A stretch of DNA of 60,291 bases, the filler included, from Sphacelaria rigidula (lineage: Eukaryota), in assembly GCA_964200075.2 (NCBI GenBank). It is 9 parts of 9 records of this genome, joined end to end, with 100 filler letters (N's around TTAATTAATTAA, not from the genome) between each part and the next. Parts side by side here need not be neighbours in the genome. Positions count along the whole stretch, not along the records: positions 1 to 6,611 come from CAXNAA020019074.1; positions 6,712 to 13,322 come from CAXNAA020019075.1; 7 more parts are not named here. The stretch is one strand, 5' to 3'. The position numbers and the translations under genes are program-made. The notes under the pieces are model-generated. The model saw only the letters and a program-made list of their open reading frames with translations. It had not been told where the DNA came from and did not search any database. Shown one piece after another: positions 1 to 12,224 of this stretch (the stretch's first letter is position 1; each line of letters begins with the position of its first letter).

Positions 1-39
1 CAAGGTTTCGACGTTCCTCCAAGGACGGTCCAAGTAGAG

Positions 40-210
40 CGGGGCGGGGTGGTGGGTGGAACTACCTCAGATCTTGCATGCCGTAGTCATGTTACCATTG
101 ACCTCGCATCCCTACAAAGCCCGGACGGGGCACGTCGGGTTTTCGCCGGATCAGGCTCGCAATCAATCGCCACGTGCTAAGCGCCATGATGTGTTCGGCG
201 AGTCGCATGA
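40..210 (-). mobile_element. 3' part of SINE-like family 2 (block A, LINE-derived tail and C-rich end)
   Basis: Similar to 33925-34090. The minus strand ...ctttgtagggatgcgaggtcaatggtaacatgactacggcatgcaag matches the LINE 3' end at 7150-7210. Confidence 0.7.
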
Positions 211-398
211 AGGGGGGAGAGGGGGAGAGGGGGAGAGGGAGGGGCAACATCACGTTTTTTTTTGCCTATATCAACTTGGCTTTTTTGCATTGTGGTGAGC
301 TTCCAGGCCTCGTCGCTTTCTTTTCCTTGCATACACCTCCTTCCGCTAGTCAATCGTTGACGCGCCTGTTATGCCAACGCTAATACGAACAAAAATAG

Positions 399-2265
399 GT
401 TGCACCTGCGGTGCGACCAGATTACTACGCGGCTGTGATAAATCGATCGGTGATAGCGGCGACGGCAGCGGCGGCAGTGGCTGGCGGGTCAGGGAACCCT
501 GATGCGGGTCCCTCGGTGACGGCGGCGGTAGCAACGGTGGCAACAGCCGTAGTAGGAAGCCCTGGTCACCAGGGGCCGGTCTCGACCCATAATGGACTCC
601 CGGGACGCCGACCAGAGTCGATTACCGGGGCAGGAATAGCGACGCAGGCGCAGGCGCAAGGGTCAGGGCCTTCAGCGGCCACGCCGCAAGGGGGGGGCAC
701 AGCGGGAACTGGAGCGGTCGTTGGATCGGGGACTCGGGCTGTGCCGCAGGTAGCTGCGCCGAGTCCGGTGGTCCCTGTAGGGGGAGGGCATGGAAGCGTG
801 GGGGGGGTTGCGGGGGGCGGCGGAGGAGTAGGGCGGAAGGGGGGTGGGGGCGCAGTGAAACAGCAGGGTTCGGTCTCGGGGGGGGCGTCATCGAAGGGAA
901 AGGGGGGTATGTCTGGGGACGGGAAGGGAGCGGTGATTCGGATGCGGGGGCTGCCGTACCGCGCGAGTAAGTCGGAGGTGATGGGGTTCTTCAAGGGGTG
1001 TGCGATCCCCGAGGAGGGCGTAGCGTTCGTGACACGAGCGGACGGGCGGGTCACAGGGGAGGCGTACGTGCGCTTTGCCACGAGGGAAGATGCAAAGATG
1101 GGGATCCGCAAGGATCGCGAGATGATGGTGAGTTGGTTGGGAGGAGAGCGACGGGGGAAGCGGGGAGCCTGAACTTCACAATAAATGCTATTCAAGACAA
1201 CGAGCCCTTTCAATATTTTGTGGGGTGCAAGCAGACGCTGTAGATATATGTTGAAAGGAGTCGAACAGTGTTGAATGAATGGCGACAAACTATGGTCGCG
1301 GTTAGTCGACAATACTCGTGGTATGATCGTGGCCCATCAAGCTGTCGGTTGTGAAATTTCTCCCGTTACAGCTGTAAATCTATGACGCTGAACACCGGTG
1401 TGCTGATGAAGATTTTCACCACCTAACGCGTCAGGCAAATTGCGGCTTCTTACCACCACGAACTCGTGCCTATCCAAACAGTAGGGCTCGAAATCACCAC
1501 CGAAACGCAGAACGTTTATTTCCTCTACAGCAGTAGCCAGAACCAGGTATGCCTTGTCGTGAACTCGCCAGGGTATGGTGTACAGTAGCTTTTTCCATGG
1601 CAAATCGACCTCAAGTGTCGTTTGTATGGGTGCGTGGTCACCATAGCGACAATTACCCCCATGCTAAACGAATTGAATCTATGGATGCGGGCCACAAGAA
1701 GGTCCGAAACAAATCACCACGAGTTCCAATAGTGGTCAAAATCGGCAATTTGGGTCCAAAAATCGATAATGCCCAAGTAAAGTGGTGATGATCAAAGAGC
1801 TTGAACCACCTCAGGAGATGATACAGCCCCGGTTGATCATCCTATACTTGGCAACCATGCTACGCACCACCCCCGTGATCTTTTGCGTTTTTCTCGCAAT
1901 GCCTGTGTGAAGGTAATCGGCGCCCCTTGTCGAAAAAAAAAGGACTATTAACAAAATCGGGTCAAGTCCACGTCCGCTTTGCACCGCGAAACTCACTGAC
2001 CAGTGTACCCTCAAGTGACTGTAAACGACGAGGTATTTACCCTTTCATATCCGCTGTCTTTCACTTTCCCTTTTTTTTTTGAACGACACACGATATCCCC
2101 GCGCGGAACAGTCGATGCTCACCTCTGTAAGCATCATTTTGCTGCGTACATGCCACGCCCACATGCCCTTTGTTCTGCTCTTTTTACAATCAGGGTTCAC
2201 GTTATATCGAGTTGTTCACGTCGTCACCAGAAGAAATGAATCGTTATACCAGCAGCAAGCGGTGA
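399..2265 (+). CDS. 3' part of an hnRNP F/H / ESRP-like quasi-RRM RNA-binding protein; exons 399-1127 and 2194-2265 (stop)
   Basis: The exon after ...aaaatag (398) encodes a Gly/Ala-rich region, then VIRMRGLPYRASKSEVMGFF...GRVTGEAYVRFATREDAKMGIRKDREMM, with donor gtgagt at 1128. A phase-0 exon after tttacaatcag encodes GSRYIELFTSSPEEMNRYTSSKR*, completing the qRRM RYIELF motif. Confidence 0.9.
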
Positions 2266-3153
2266 GGATCTGCAAAAGTGTTGGTCAAGGCCTGAGGACG
2301 GGGAGCGGCGGCAGTGGCCGAACAGACGGGCAATAGAAAAGAGCAGAGCGATGGGCCGAAGTAGCGGCAGTAGCAACAGCAGCAATAGCGACGAACGGTG
2401 GTAAACGAACGCCTCGTCATGGCATGTCACCAAACTCCATGCCCACTCAGATGTATACAGAAAAGTGGTAGGGAGAGCAGGGGTCTCCCAAAACCGTCAA
2501 TCAATTCGCTCTTGGATGGCCCTGGCGGTTGGTGGGGAAATCATCTCCTGAAAACAGCGAGGGTGAGGGGAAACTGATTTGCAGAGCAGCGGGGGTATGG
2601 AAAACACACAAAATCGTGTTCGGGCACACAGGCTGCTTGTAGCGAGAAAAAAACGGCACGAGAGGTGCGGAGCGAGGGGCCACCGTAGCACCCAACGGGA
2701 GCACTGCGTGGTGTGGATGCGACGTGTCATTGGAAGCGAGAGTCGCTTCTCATCACATGGTAGCGTTCGGGCGAGAGCTGGCGTCCCGAAGATTTAATCG
2801 TGTATGCCTGCTGGCGCCAACGGTAGGTGGTCAGCGCTTGCTGCTGCACTTGTTCAAGGCATGCCGGAGGAAGAGCCCAAATGCACCGGAAGTGAACAAC
2901 CGCGCGTTTTCGAGTTGCGTGCATGACAAAACAGACAAGTGCCGATATTTTTCCGGGGGATGAGGCCGTCCGTTGTCCATGTTGGGCGTGATGCGTGGTG
3001 TGCTATAGTTGTTTGTTTTGGGGTCGGCGCCGAGAGGTGTTTGTCGTGATCGTGTGCCGGTGACCTCGGGGTTACACTTGATTACGTATATGTCCATACG
3101 TACACAGGTGCCTTCTTTTTTTTTCGCGGAGTAGGTGCCTGTTTTTTTCCGCT

Positions 3154-3215
<62 letters not shown>
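3154..3215. repeat. Poly-G tract (62 nt)
   Basis: Uninterrupted G run seen directly. Confidence 0.9.
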
Positions 3216-3216
<1 letters not shown>

Positions 3217-4283
3217 GGAGGGAAGCCGTGGAGGACGGAGGGAACGGGGTTCCGAAAGTCGTCACGCAAAATTACCCCACATGGGATATGCCATGTTTTC
3301 CCCCAGCGATTGTTGTCTTCAGTGTGGATTTTGAATTCACGATCCGTGAAGGCATACGTTGAGGCATCTCTGACTTTCGTGTCGGTCCTTGTACAGCGTG
3401 CGGTATTGGAGAGTAGGACGTTTGGTCCTCTAAGAGTTTGTCAGCAATTGTTGCTGTTTTTGTCTTGCTCAAATACATGATCGGTCACTTCGGGCGCAAG
3501 TAGTCCCAACGTGATGTGTGCTTGTGACGAGTGAGGGCAACAAGGCAATCAATGCAAGTCGTTTCCTGCGCGGATGGGCGGCAGCACCTGTTCTCCCCAA
3601 CAATGAGACAACTACACGGAACAGGCGCAAGCCAACCGAGGCGGAGCAGTGTGACACCCCAACTACACAAGGCAACAGAAGGCAGGCACCAAATGTGCGC
3701 AGCTGAAGGATGACTCGCATTGCTGTACAGAGCCGAGGGCCTCATGTCCCACGCTGCACTAGGTAACTTCAACATATTTTCTTCACTTTCCGTGGCCATG
3801 TGTAGCCGACATCGGAGCGTCGCGGTGGGTGCCTCAACAACTAGCACTTACGTCCGCCGCGGTACTTGGCCCGCGGAGGCTCCTCCTGTGCTTAGACAGC
3901 ATGCGTACTCGACGCTTCAAAACGACTGCGGGCGGCTTTCAGCCGACGAAATGGTTACACCCGGATTACACCAATGAGCCACCTCCAACAGTTCACGAAC
4001 GTTCGCACGTCTGGGAAATGCATCACAATGTCAGCCAGAGCCTTCACTGATGGACCTGATGGCGCAGGGTCTCCGACCTGAGACTAGCTCGAACAAGCAA
4101 TCGCTGGTGCTGAGCATGACTATCAAAATAAAAGATGCACAACAAAATAGCTTGAGCAAGGGCGGTGTAATTGTGTAGGAAGCATCCCTTTGCAGCTAAG
4201 CGGAAAATAACCTCCGTGTCTCCCAAATTGTAGCTGAAGGGTTTTCATCTGTTCGTCACATGTGCGATAGATCGGCACATATC

Positions 4284-5873
4284 TTAATGTCCCATTATCT
4301 TGTCCATAATCGCGGAAAACGCCGCCATCCCCACACACCCCGCGCACGCAGCTGACGGTCCCTGTCTTATTCCAAACGCCGCTCCCGTCGTACAGCCTGC
4401 GTACACGGAATTCATCATGTCCGTCTTGCCTCTCATTTTTTCGATCACGCATTCCGATCCCATGAAAATTGCTGAGGACACACGAAGTACGAGCGTTTCG
4501 TCGTGTGCAGATCAGCAGCGCGCGTTTAAACGAGGCGTGAGAGTTATTATAAATGGCTACACCGTGATCATGAGAGCAACAAGCTACCGGCATTAACTCT
4601 GGATACCCGCGCACGGACACAGCTGTTGGATAGATGCATCCACACCACACCACGGAACTGGAGACCGAAACCGCCTCTGCAATATAGCTGGGAATTCACT
4701 ACATTGTGTCGTCGTCCCATTTATTATGGGCGCCAGTTTACACCTTTCGGTATATGTGGGTGCACCAGCCGGGGTCACACAGGAAGGTCAACACAGGAGC
4801 TTATTCTTCTGATCCAGGAATTGGGAATGTTGCTCCTTTTGACAAGAGAGGGCATCTGCATTCCAAGCGTTGGATGCCACTCCTGGAAAAAAAAAGAAAG
4901 ACTTGCGTTGTAATCGTACCTGCTTGTATTGTTAGATTGGGTTACAAACTAACAAAGGTGGCCATGACGACCGCTCAACATGAGCGTGCTGTACAATTAC
5001 AACGCCGGGCTGTATTCGTGTGTGGTTCTAACCTGAAAAAGAAGCAAAATTTCGCGCCATGCTCAACGATCGCTCCGCAGTCTGCTTGTATTGTAATCGT
5101 ACCTGCAGCGTGGCAACAGCAGTCGGCGGAGCACGTACATGAGAAAACCGGTGGAAGGTCGGCGTTCAACGTTTGACGAAGGGGCAGTAAGCGTCAGCAG
5201 ATGATGGAAGATCTGGTGGATGCAGCAGTTCAAATACGACCTAGCCATCGATAGCTTTACTAGATAGGTTTGTGACCGAGTTTCGGGCTTCAAATACGCG
5301 TGTTGAGAACTAGCGTTTGCCTCGAAAACTCCTCGAAACACACGTGCCTATGGTGAAATCTTGCAAGGGTGCTTATGATATTGTAATAAACCAGTGTTTC
5401 AGAGTGCCTGCAGTACCAACTCTTTCAGGTACCGCGTAATTCGTAGCATCTGGAGTATCGGCCGTGCAGTACTGAGTATGTGTCAGAGTCTGGATTATCG
5501 ATCTCCCCAGTATACTGAGCACCCCATGTAACTCGATCTACCTAGTCCTTGGAATGATGGGTACTTCATTCAGAGTAACTAGAGTACCACCTGTCGAAAT
5601 ACTGAGCATTCTCGACAAGTGGTCGGTACTCTGCTAGCCCGAATGCTCACCTGCGGCACCGGAACTCATGAGGTGGTCGTATTTTTTGTTCGCTTCATTA
5701 CTATTTTTGTATCGCGTCTGCGTGAATTTTTCTGGGTTCGATTTTATACATTTTTTTACTCTTTCCCCTATTTAGGATAATGATTCTGTGACCACGGAAG
5801 GCGTTCGCATATTTTGCGTAGTACTCTGTACTACGCAGATGATTTTGGTACGGTCGTTAATGTGACAACAGTC

Positions 5874-5905
<32 letters not shown>

Positions 5906-6181
5906 CTCTGGGGTACCTCCAAATACGTATACGCGGACTCCACCACGTCCTAAGGACCTTCGACACCTCGCAAATAGGATGCAGGTAGTTCTACGAAGAG
6001 CAAGGTATGGGGTATGCCAAGCGGTTTTCATACTGTAGCGTCTTCCCGACTCGTGCGCCTCAAGGACGCACCTGCTCCCTTAGTGGCGCTTGAGGGACTT
6101 CTCGCCCATTCACCATTTGGAGCGGCTGCATGTCTCCCATCATTCCCAGAAATATTCCGAACACAAATCCCATACCGGCTC
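4284..6181 (-). CDS. TIM22: Mitochondrial inner-membrane translocase Tim22 (Tim17/22/23 family), 5'-partial; exons 6072-6181, 5033-5102, 4284-4471
   Basis: Three GT-AG exons splice in phase to GAGMGFVFGIFLGMMGDMQPLQMVNGREVPQAPLREQ-VRLQYKQTAERSLSMARNFASFSA-IFMGSECVIEKMRGKTDMMNSVYAGCTTGAAFGIRQGPSAACAGCVGMAAFSAIMDKIMGH*. This matches the Tim22 ECVIE.R.K.D..N...AGC.TG pattern. Confidence 0.9.
4705..4800 (-). mobile_element. SINE family 1, truncated 3' fragment in a Tim22 intron
   Basis: gtcgtcccatttatt...acacctttcggtatatgtggg...gccggggtcacacagg is shared with 50452-50813. Confidence 0.8.
5785..5905 (+). mobile_element. SINE/LINE-tail family 3 with (CAA)n tail
   Basis: ctgtgaccacggaaggcgt...taatgtga followed by (CAA)n. 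Related copies lie at about 22430-22545, 24344-24450, 36675-36705, 40350-40420 and 49678-50077. Confidence 0.7.
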
Positions 6182-6344
6182 CTGTAACGCGCAAGCAGGA
6201 GAAACATAGCGTAAGTATAAGCAGGCGCACTCAGTGGGAATTGCTGCAACAGCCGCTGCGCGGAGTCACTAACAAACAGCCGAAATCGGTTGCCGACACG
6301 CGCGTAAACCTTCCCCACATAGATGATACTCCATAAACTTTTGT

Positions 6345-6611
6345 GTGGGTACTGTGTCGTTGCGTGTGTGTTGTCGTCCCATTTATTCTGGGCACCAGTC
6401 TACACCTTTCGGAATATGTGGGGGCATCACCCGGGGTCACACAGGAGGGAGGTCAACACAGGGGCTTTTTATTTTTTATTTGTTTTTAATACGCCACCTT
6501 CCTTTTGCAGTGCTTGCCTTTATTTTTTATTGCGAAAGGGGTTCAACAGTCCCTTTCCCTCGTCGACCGTCAAGTCGAATTTTGTGTACCACGACATAGT
6601 CGCTCTCCACT
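6345..6611 (-). mobile_element. SINE family 1 copy, cut by the contig end
   Basis: Aligns by eye with 50452-50710. Confidence 0.8.
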
Positions 6612-6710
6612 NNNNNNNNNNNNNNNNNNNNNNNNNNNNNNNNNNNNNNNNNNNNTTAATTAATTAANNNNNNNNNNNNNNNNNNNNNNNNNNNNNNNNN
6701 NNNNNNNNNN
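6612..6710. other. Artificial contig linker (N run, TTAATTAATTAA six-frame stop, N run)
   Basis: The same linker recurs at 13323-13422, 20034-20132, 26745-26844, 33455-33554, 40165-40264, 46874-46973 and 53583-53682. Confidence 0.97.
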
Positions 6711-7118
6711 NATCCTGCTAAGATTGTTCGACCCGAAGCGTACTGATTATCTTGCATTCGGATGACAGCCTCCAATGAGTTGCTTTATTTCCTGGTATCG
6801 CCACTTCCCGAGACAGCCACGGCTTATACACTGCTGCCTCATGGGTGTCTCACCATTTAAACACCACGCGATACGACAATCCCCATTGTGCGGAGTTGAG
6901 AATCTCCCACGCCGCACAACATGACCTATCTCGACTACCATCATGGTTACCGAAAAACACACGAAAGCGCGCAGAAAAAATCGGTAACCTGGTTACCTAT
7001 AGCTTACGCAGTGAGTGGCGTGTTTTACAGCGTCATCGCCAACCGACTCCAACCCCATCGGGGGTCCGCTCCTACAAAGCCGGGACGGAGCACGCCGGGT
7101 TTTCGTCGGACAAGGCTC
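6711..7118 (-). mobile_element. SINE-like family 2 body and head, with block A upstream of the head
   Basis: Highly similar to 46974-47388 and more distantly to 34100-34446. Confidence 0.75.
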
Positions 7119-7121
7119 AAG

Positions 7122-10100
7122 GGAGGATGGGGGTGGGGGAGGTGGGGGGGAGGGCGTACTCATTTGTTGCTTGCCTTAGTCGTTTGACCATTGACCACGC
7201 ATCCCTTTCGAGACGGAGCACCGTTCCTAATCCCCACCGAGATTCCTCCAACATTCCGGCGCTCGTCACGTTTCTTCCACACGTTACACAAGAACCTCTT
7301 ATATATCTTATCCCCGTCCTGTTTCGCCGTCTCTGGCCACCATCTATCTCCTAGTATAGCCATCGTTTCCCCATACTATCTGATGCATCAAACGATTTCA
7401 TGCTACCTTCGTTAACGTCCCGCATTTCCCCATCTAGCACGTCCCGCTCGTCCTTGTATAGTTCACATTCTGCCACCATATGACTTCTGCTTTCTATTGC
7501 TTTGCCACAGGGGCAACTGATTTCGTGCATCTACCACCGCCTCTTTTCGACGACTGGTATATCTCTTTCTTCTTTCTGGCAGATCCAGGTCCCTTACACG
7601 AAATCGCAGTTTCAATCTTTTCGCCGCCTCCATTGGGCTATGCAGGTATGTCTTCATCCCGATCCCTCTCTCAGCCTCCAGTATGTCTTCAGATGTTCTT
7701 CCTCGCCTGCTTTGCGTCTCAGCGCTCCTTTTCCCCTTATTTCTATCATGTCTCCTACTTTTGTCCTGTACCCCCGCGCCTTCACCTATGGACAGTATTT
7801 TGTCTTGGTTTTCCTCCTATCTCCTTTCACACTCTCTTGACTTTTTGATCCCACCTTGTTTCAGTCTGCCCTTTCGTAATTTTCTTCCATATAGCCCTAT
7901 CAGCTATCGATGCCAATCTCTTTATCTGTCACTTTTTCACGCTATATTGTCACCCCAATTTCCTCGTGTCTCTGCTTATTTCAAGTGGGTACATTCCCAA
8001 CTCCGCCCTCAGTGCTGTATTACTCGTCGTTTTCGAGCATCCACCTATTTTTTTAGCTGCTGCCATCTGTACTGTCTCCAACTTCTTCACCAACTTCACG
8101 TCCCCCTCCTATACTTCTCCTGCATATTCCAGCTGTGGTACGATCACGTTCATCAGGATACATATCTTAATCCTAGTATCTAGAGGCGGGTATCTGAAGG
8201 TCACGTCCATTCTGCCTATCTGTGCCTGACCCTTTCCTATCACTTTTTTTATGTGTGCATCCTAACAACAGTTTATTTTGAGCTCTACGCCAAGGTATAC
8301 GAAGTATATATACTGGTCGACGATAGACAGTTCCTCTTCTCCCCACTTCCATTTGAACTTTACCGGATGTTTTTTATCTGCGTTACAGACGAGTACCGCC
8401 CATTTGTTAACGTTCGCTGTCACTCTCCATTTCCTAGCGTATTCTAGCGCCTTGTCTATCTGTTTCTGTAATCCCTTTACAGTTCCTGAAATCCCCACAA
8501 AATCATACGCGAACATCAACCCTGATACCGCATCCTCGCCATCTTGACTCCTTGATTTGCTGCTTCCATCGCTACTATCAGGTCATCAATGAATACCTCG
8601 AATGAAGTGGGTAACATCCATCCTTGTGGAACTCCTTGTAAAATATCACAATATTCCGATATTTCCCCGTCTAGTATCATAGCATTTTTTATATTTTCTG
8701 TCATCATCTTCACAATTCTCCACATCTTTCCTCTGATCCTAGTCTCCTACAGCTTTTTTCACAGCCTATTTCTGCATACTGTGCCATAAGCCTTTTTCGC
8801 GTCCAGCAAGAAACAACACGTCGTCAGCCCGGCGTCTTTCCTACCCTGAATGATCTTGTCTAGTGTGTACACATAGTCGACGCAACTACGGTTTGGTCTC
8901 AACCCTGCTTGTCCCTCGCTGTTTGTTTCTTCCTTTTCTAGCATCGTTCATACTCTATCGTTAAGAATCTCACAGAACGCTTTCCCTACCGTGCTCAGTA
9001 GGGTTATCCCCCTATACTTCCCTGGGTAAGTCTTGTCTTCTCTTTTGAAAAGGTCGACGACTACTCCTTCTCTCCATCTCTTGGGTGTGTACTCGTTTTA
9101 CCAGATCCAACTATACAGCATAACCATCATGGTAATCATTCCCTCTCCCCTGTACTTTAGAAATCCGTTCACTGCTTCGTCTGCCCCTGCTGCCTTTCTG
9201 TCCTTGAGTTTAGCTACGCACTACTTTACTTAATCTCTGGTAAACTCCCTCTGCAATTCTGCCGAGCCACTATGCTCCCGTTTTGACGCCTCTACATTTG
9301 CTTCTGCCCACGTGTTGATTTCTTTTTCAAAGTTCGTGTCGAAGTTTGTGTTGGATTTTGTTGTTCCTACTTTACGGTACTTCTCAACTAGCACTTCTCT
9401 CTTCCCCTTCGAACTACTGACCATTTTACCGTTCTGTGCCCATAGTGTGGCCATTCCGTCGTCTATCTTTCCTGCCTGGTTTCCCGTTATCCTTTTGATT
9501 CTCACCAACATTTGTTTCATCCCGCCATCGAGATCTTCATTTGTTATATTCAGTTCATCTTCCCGTACTCTCTTCTTTTTCTTCTGTACCATCTTTTTTG
9601 CTTCCTTTCGAGCACACCCCTCCTATCCTGCCGTCGTTTTGCTCGACATCCATCTCGCGTGGGCCTCTCTCCTTACTCTTCAAGCCTCTTTCACTCTCTC
9701 ATCCCACCATTTATTACTTTGTTGCATACGATCAGTTTCCTCCCTATGACTTTATTCGCTGTGTTCTCGACCATCTGCTCCCATCCTTCTTTGATCTTCG
9801 CTCCTGCCCGAGTTCTTTTCTATGTCGGTATCAACTGTACCTACGCGTTCCAACAGCTCGGAAAATATTACTGCATTTTTGGCCATCTCCTGTTGGAACT
9901 CTTGCTGTTTTTCATCCATATCTAGTTTATTGCTTCTCGATTTGTACAACTTCCTTCCCCGCCTGTTTATTTTAGCTCTCGTCTGTTGACGTTCTGTCCA
10001 TATTAGGCAATGGTCTGTCGTTCCCACGTCCTCCGCGCATACATGTACGTCCATTTCTTCACTATTCCTGTGCTCCACCACTATATTGCCAAGAACGGAA

Positions 10101-11950
10101 CATCCTCTCTTTCCTTTACATTGCCTCGTCCGTGTCCATTGCGCTTCTGGCTTCAGTACTCTATCATTCAGTGTCTTCATTTCGTTGTGCTCCGGGAACT
10201 TGAGCATTTCTACTCCATTCGTGTTCATCTTATCTTCCCCGTATTGCCCAATGATACCATCCGGTTGACCTGCTCTTCCTACCCTTGCATTGAAATCTCC
10301 AACTAATATTACTCCTCCTTGCCTTTTATACTCCTGTACTCTTATTCTTATCTCTCCAAATATACACTGAATATCATTCACCTTACTCTTCTATTCTGAA
10401 GGCATATAGATGTTCCCTAGGGAGAAGTTCTTCGTTCCCCGCTCTCCTGGTACCCTTATACATACGCTCTCGTCGAATTTCGTGTCATCGATCACTTCGA
10501 TAATGTCGCACAGGTATTCTTTGACTAAGAATCCTACTCCCCCCGCTTCCTTGGGCTTCTGTCTCATCCGCTCTACGCCTATCCATGCGTACTCTTCCAC
10601 TTTACATCCTATTTCTGCCCCCTCTTTCTCCCATGACTCTTGAATTCCTACTATATCTAGGTCGCGCTTCCTTACTTGTTCCACTGTTTCTATTCCTTTG
10701 TGGTCCTCTGTAGCGAATCCACACACGTTCCACGATCCTATTCTCAACTTCCTTTTCGAATCACTATCTGCTCTCTGGTTGTCTCCTATCCTCGTTCCGT
10801 GTCTCTTACTTCTACTTTCCCTCGCTTGATTGTTCTGTCCCTTGCCGGTTTGGACTTTGTCTATTTGCTTCGAGCCGCCATGTCTCCTCCCCTTCCCCTT
10901 CCGGGCACTTACCTGTTCCCGCCTCTCTTTCCCTCCGTTTGCCCGTGCACTACGTCTGAGGTGTGTTATCTCGTTAGCAACATATACTCTCCATCCCACG
11001 CTTCGAACCCATGACGATACCTTAGTTGTTTCTATCCTTTTCTACTCCTTGCTCGCGCTTTGTTTTAGTGTGACTCGGAAGTGTTCTCCTCCCCTTTCTA
11101 CTTTTCCTGTTGCCAAACAGTATCATCCAACTTTATCGTATTTTTGTTCTATCTATTCTCGTCATGTCGCTACGGACTCCGATTGCCAGCACTACCAGTA
11201 CTTCACCCGACCACTCTCCACTTCTCCGCCCGCCCTTTCTTACCGTCTCTCCCTCGACCCCCTTCGAGAGAATCTCCAGCTTGTCCGTCTCAATTGTATT
11301 GGTGGGATATACTCAACGTACTGGGATATCCCAATAATGGCACTCGTTGTGGGTCTGTTGTCTTTCAGTTATTGTGCTGGTTCACCGACACTAAACCGTG
11401 CCTCCAACACGGGCTCGTAGCCTGAAGTCAAGTTCAATATCTTTGACACAAGTACCCCCCATTTGTGCCAGGTGATTTTCATGGTAAACCATCCAGGCGT
11501 CCCACGATCATACCTTCGGTCTTCTTGCCCTGCTGCTGTACGGCTTACTTTTCTTCAGGGAGGTCATTTTCACCGTTCAAGGTTCAAGGACGACTTGCAT
11601 AACACAAGGTCTTGCTCACATCGGGGTGTCTCGTACATCATTTTTCCACTCCGTGTACGATGCACCATGGGTCGCTACTCCACTGATGCTTCCGAGTAGA
11701 CCTTCGTTGCCGGAAGCTTGGCCAACGATTCCCCAACAATATATACCAGCTCCTATCCTTCAAGATCTCAATAAGTCTACGTACCACCTGGTGCTTCTTT
11801 TCGTAGATCATGTGATCGGTCATCGGTAAGGTGTTTGTTTCACGAGTGCAGTAGGTCTTGACGTTTGTGTCATGTATTATCCACCCCTTCCCTCCATTAG
11901 GCATCTTTCGCACCTAATATGGTCATTTCCAGACTTCCACCGCCCAATGG
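7122..11950 (-). mobile_element. Decayed near-full-length non-LTR retrotransposon (LINE; AP endonuclease and reverse transcriptase) with many frameshifts
   Basis: APE motifs: LRIGSWNV, DIVGIQESW, LVGDFNARVG, TDHCLIW. RT motifs: QAGLRPNRSCVD, FLLDAKKAY, GVPQG, degenerate FAYD. The C-terminal frame ends ...GCVVNGQTTKASNK* at 7160, followed by a C-rich tail. The 5' boundary is approximate. Confidence 0.92.
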
Positions 11951-12224
11951 AAACCGGTAAGGTTTTACGGGTATCTCACCGCGAGACCTCAACCCCCATG
12001 TGCATTTGACATGGGGGGGATGATGACCCTACCCTATCCGTACTGGTTATATCTTCTGTACTTTCGATTTGCATACAGGGTGGTCAACCTCCACGCTATT
12101 ACTTACATGTCTAGGTTTTGGCTTTATTTTCGTCTAACGTTTGTGATGATATGGGGGGGATAATCTCGGTTGTTTTCCGACTTGGTATGAGAAAGTAAAC
12201 GTGTTATTTTTTCGCTATTCCATT

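Noticed and set aside
110..160. Twister or 5S rRNA resemblance of block A (aaagcccgga; gcctgg...tgtagg)
   Set aside because: Only a few nucleotides match; the required pairings and conserved core are not present.
566..1312. 248-aa minus-strand ORF
   Set aside because: Antisense shadow of the GC-rich qRRM exon.
2831..3362. Poly-Pro / poly-Gly ORFs
   Set aside because: Translations of the poly-G tract.
6612..6710. TTAATTAATTAA as a biological motif, and ORFs running into N runs
   Set aside because: Assembly linker providing stops in six frames.
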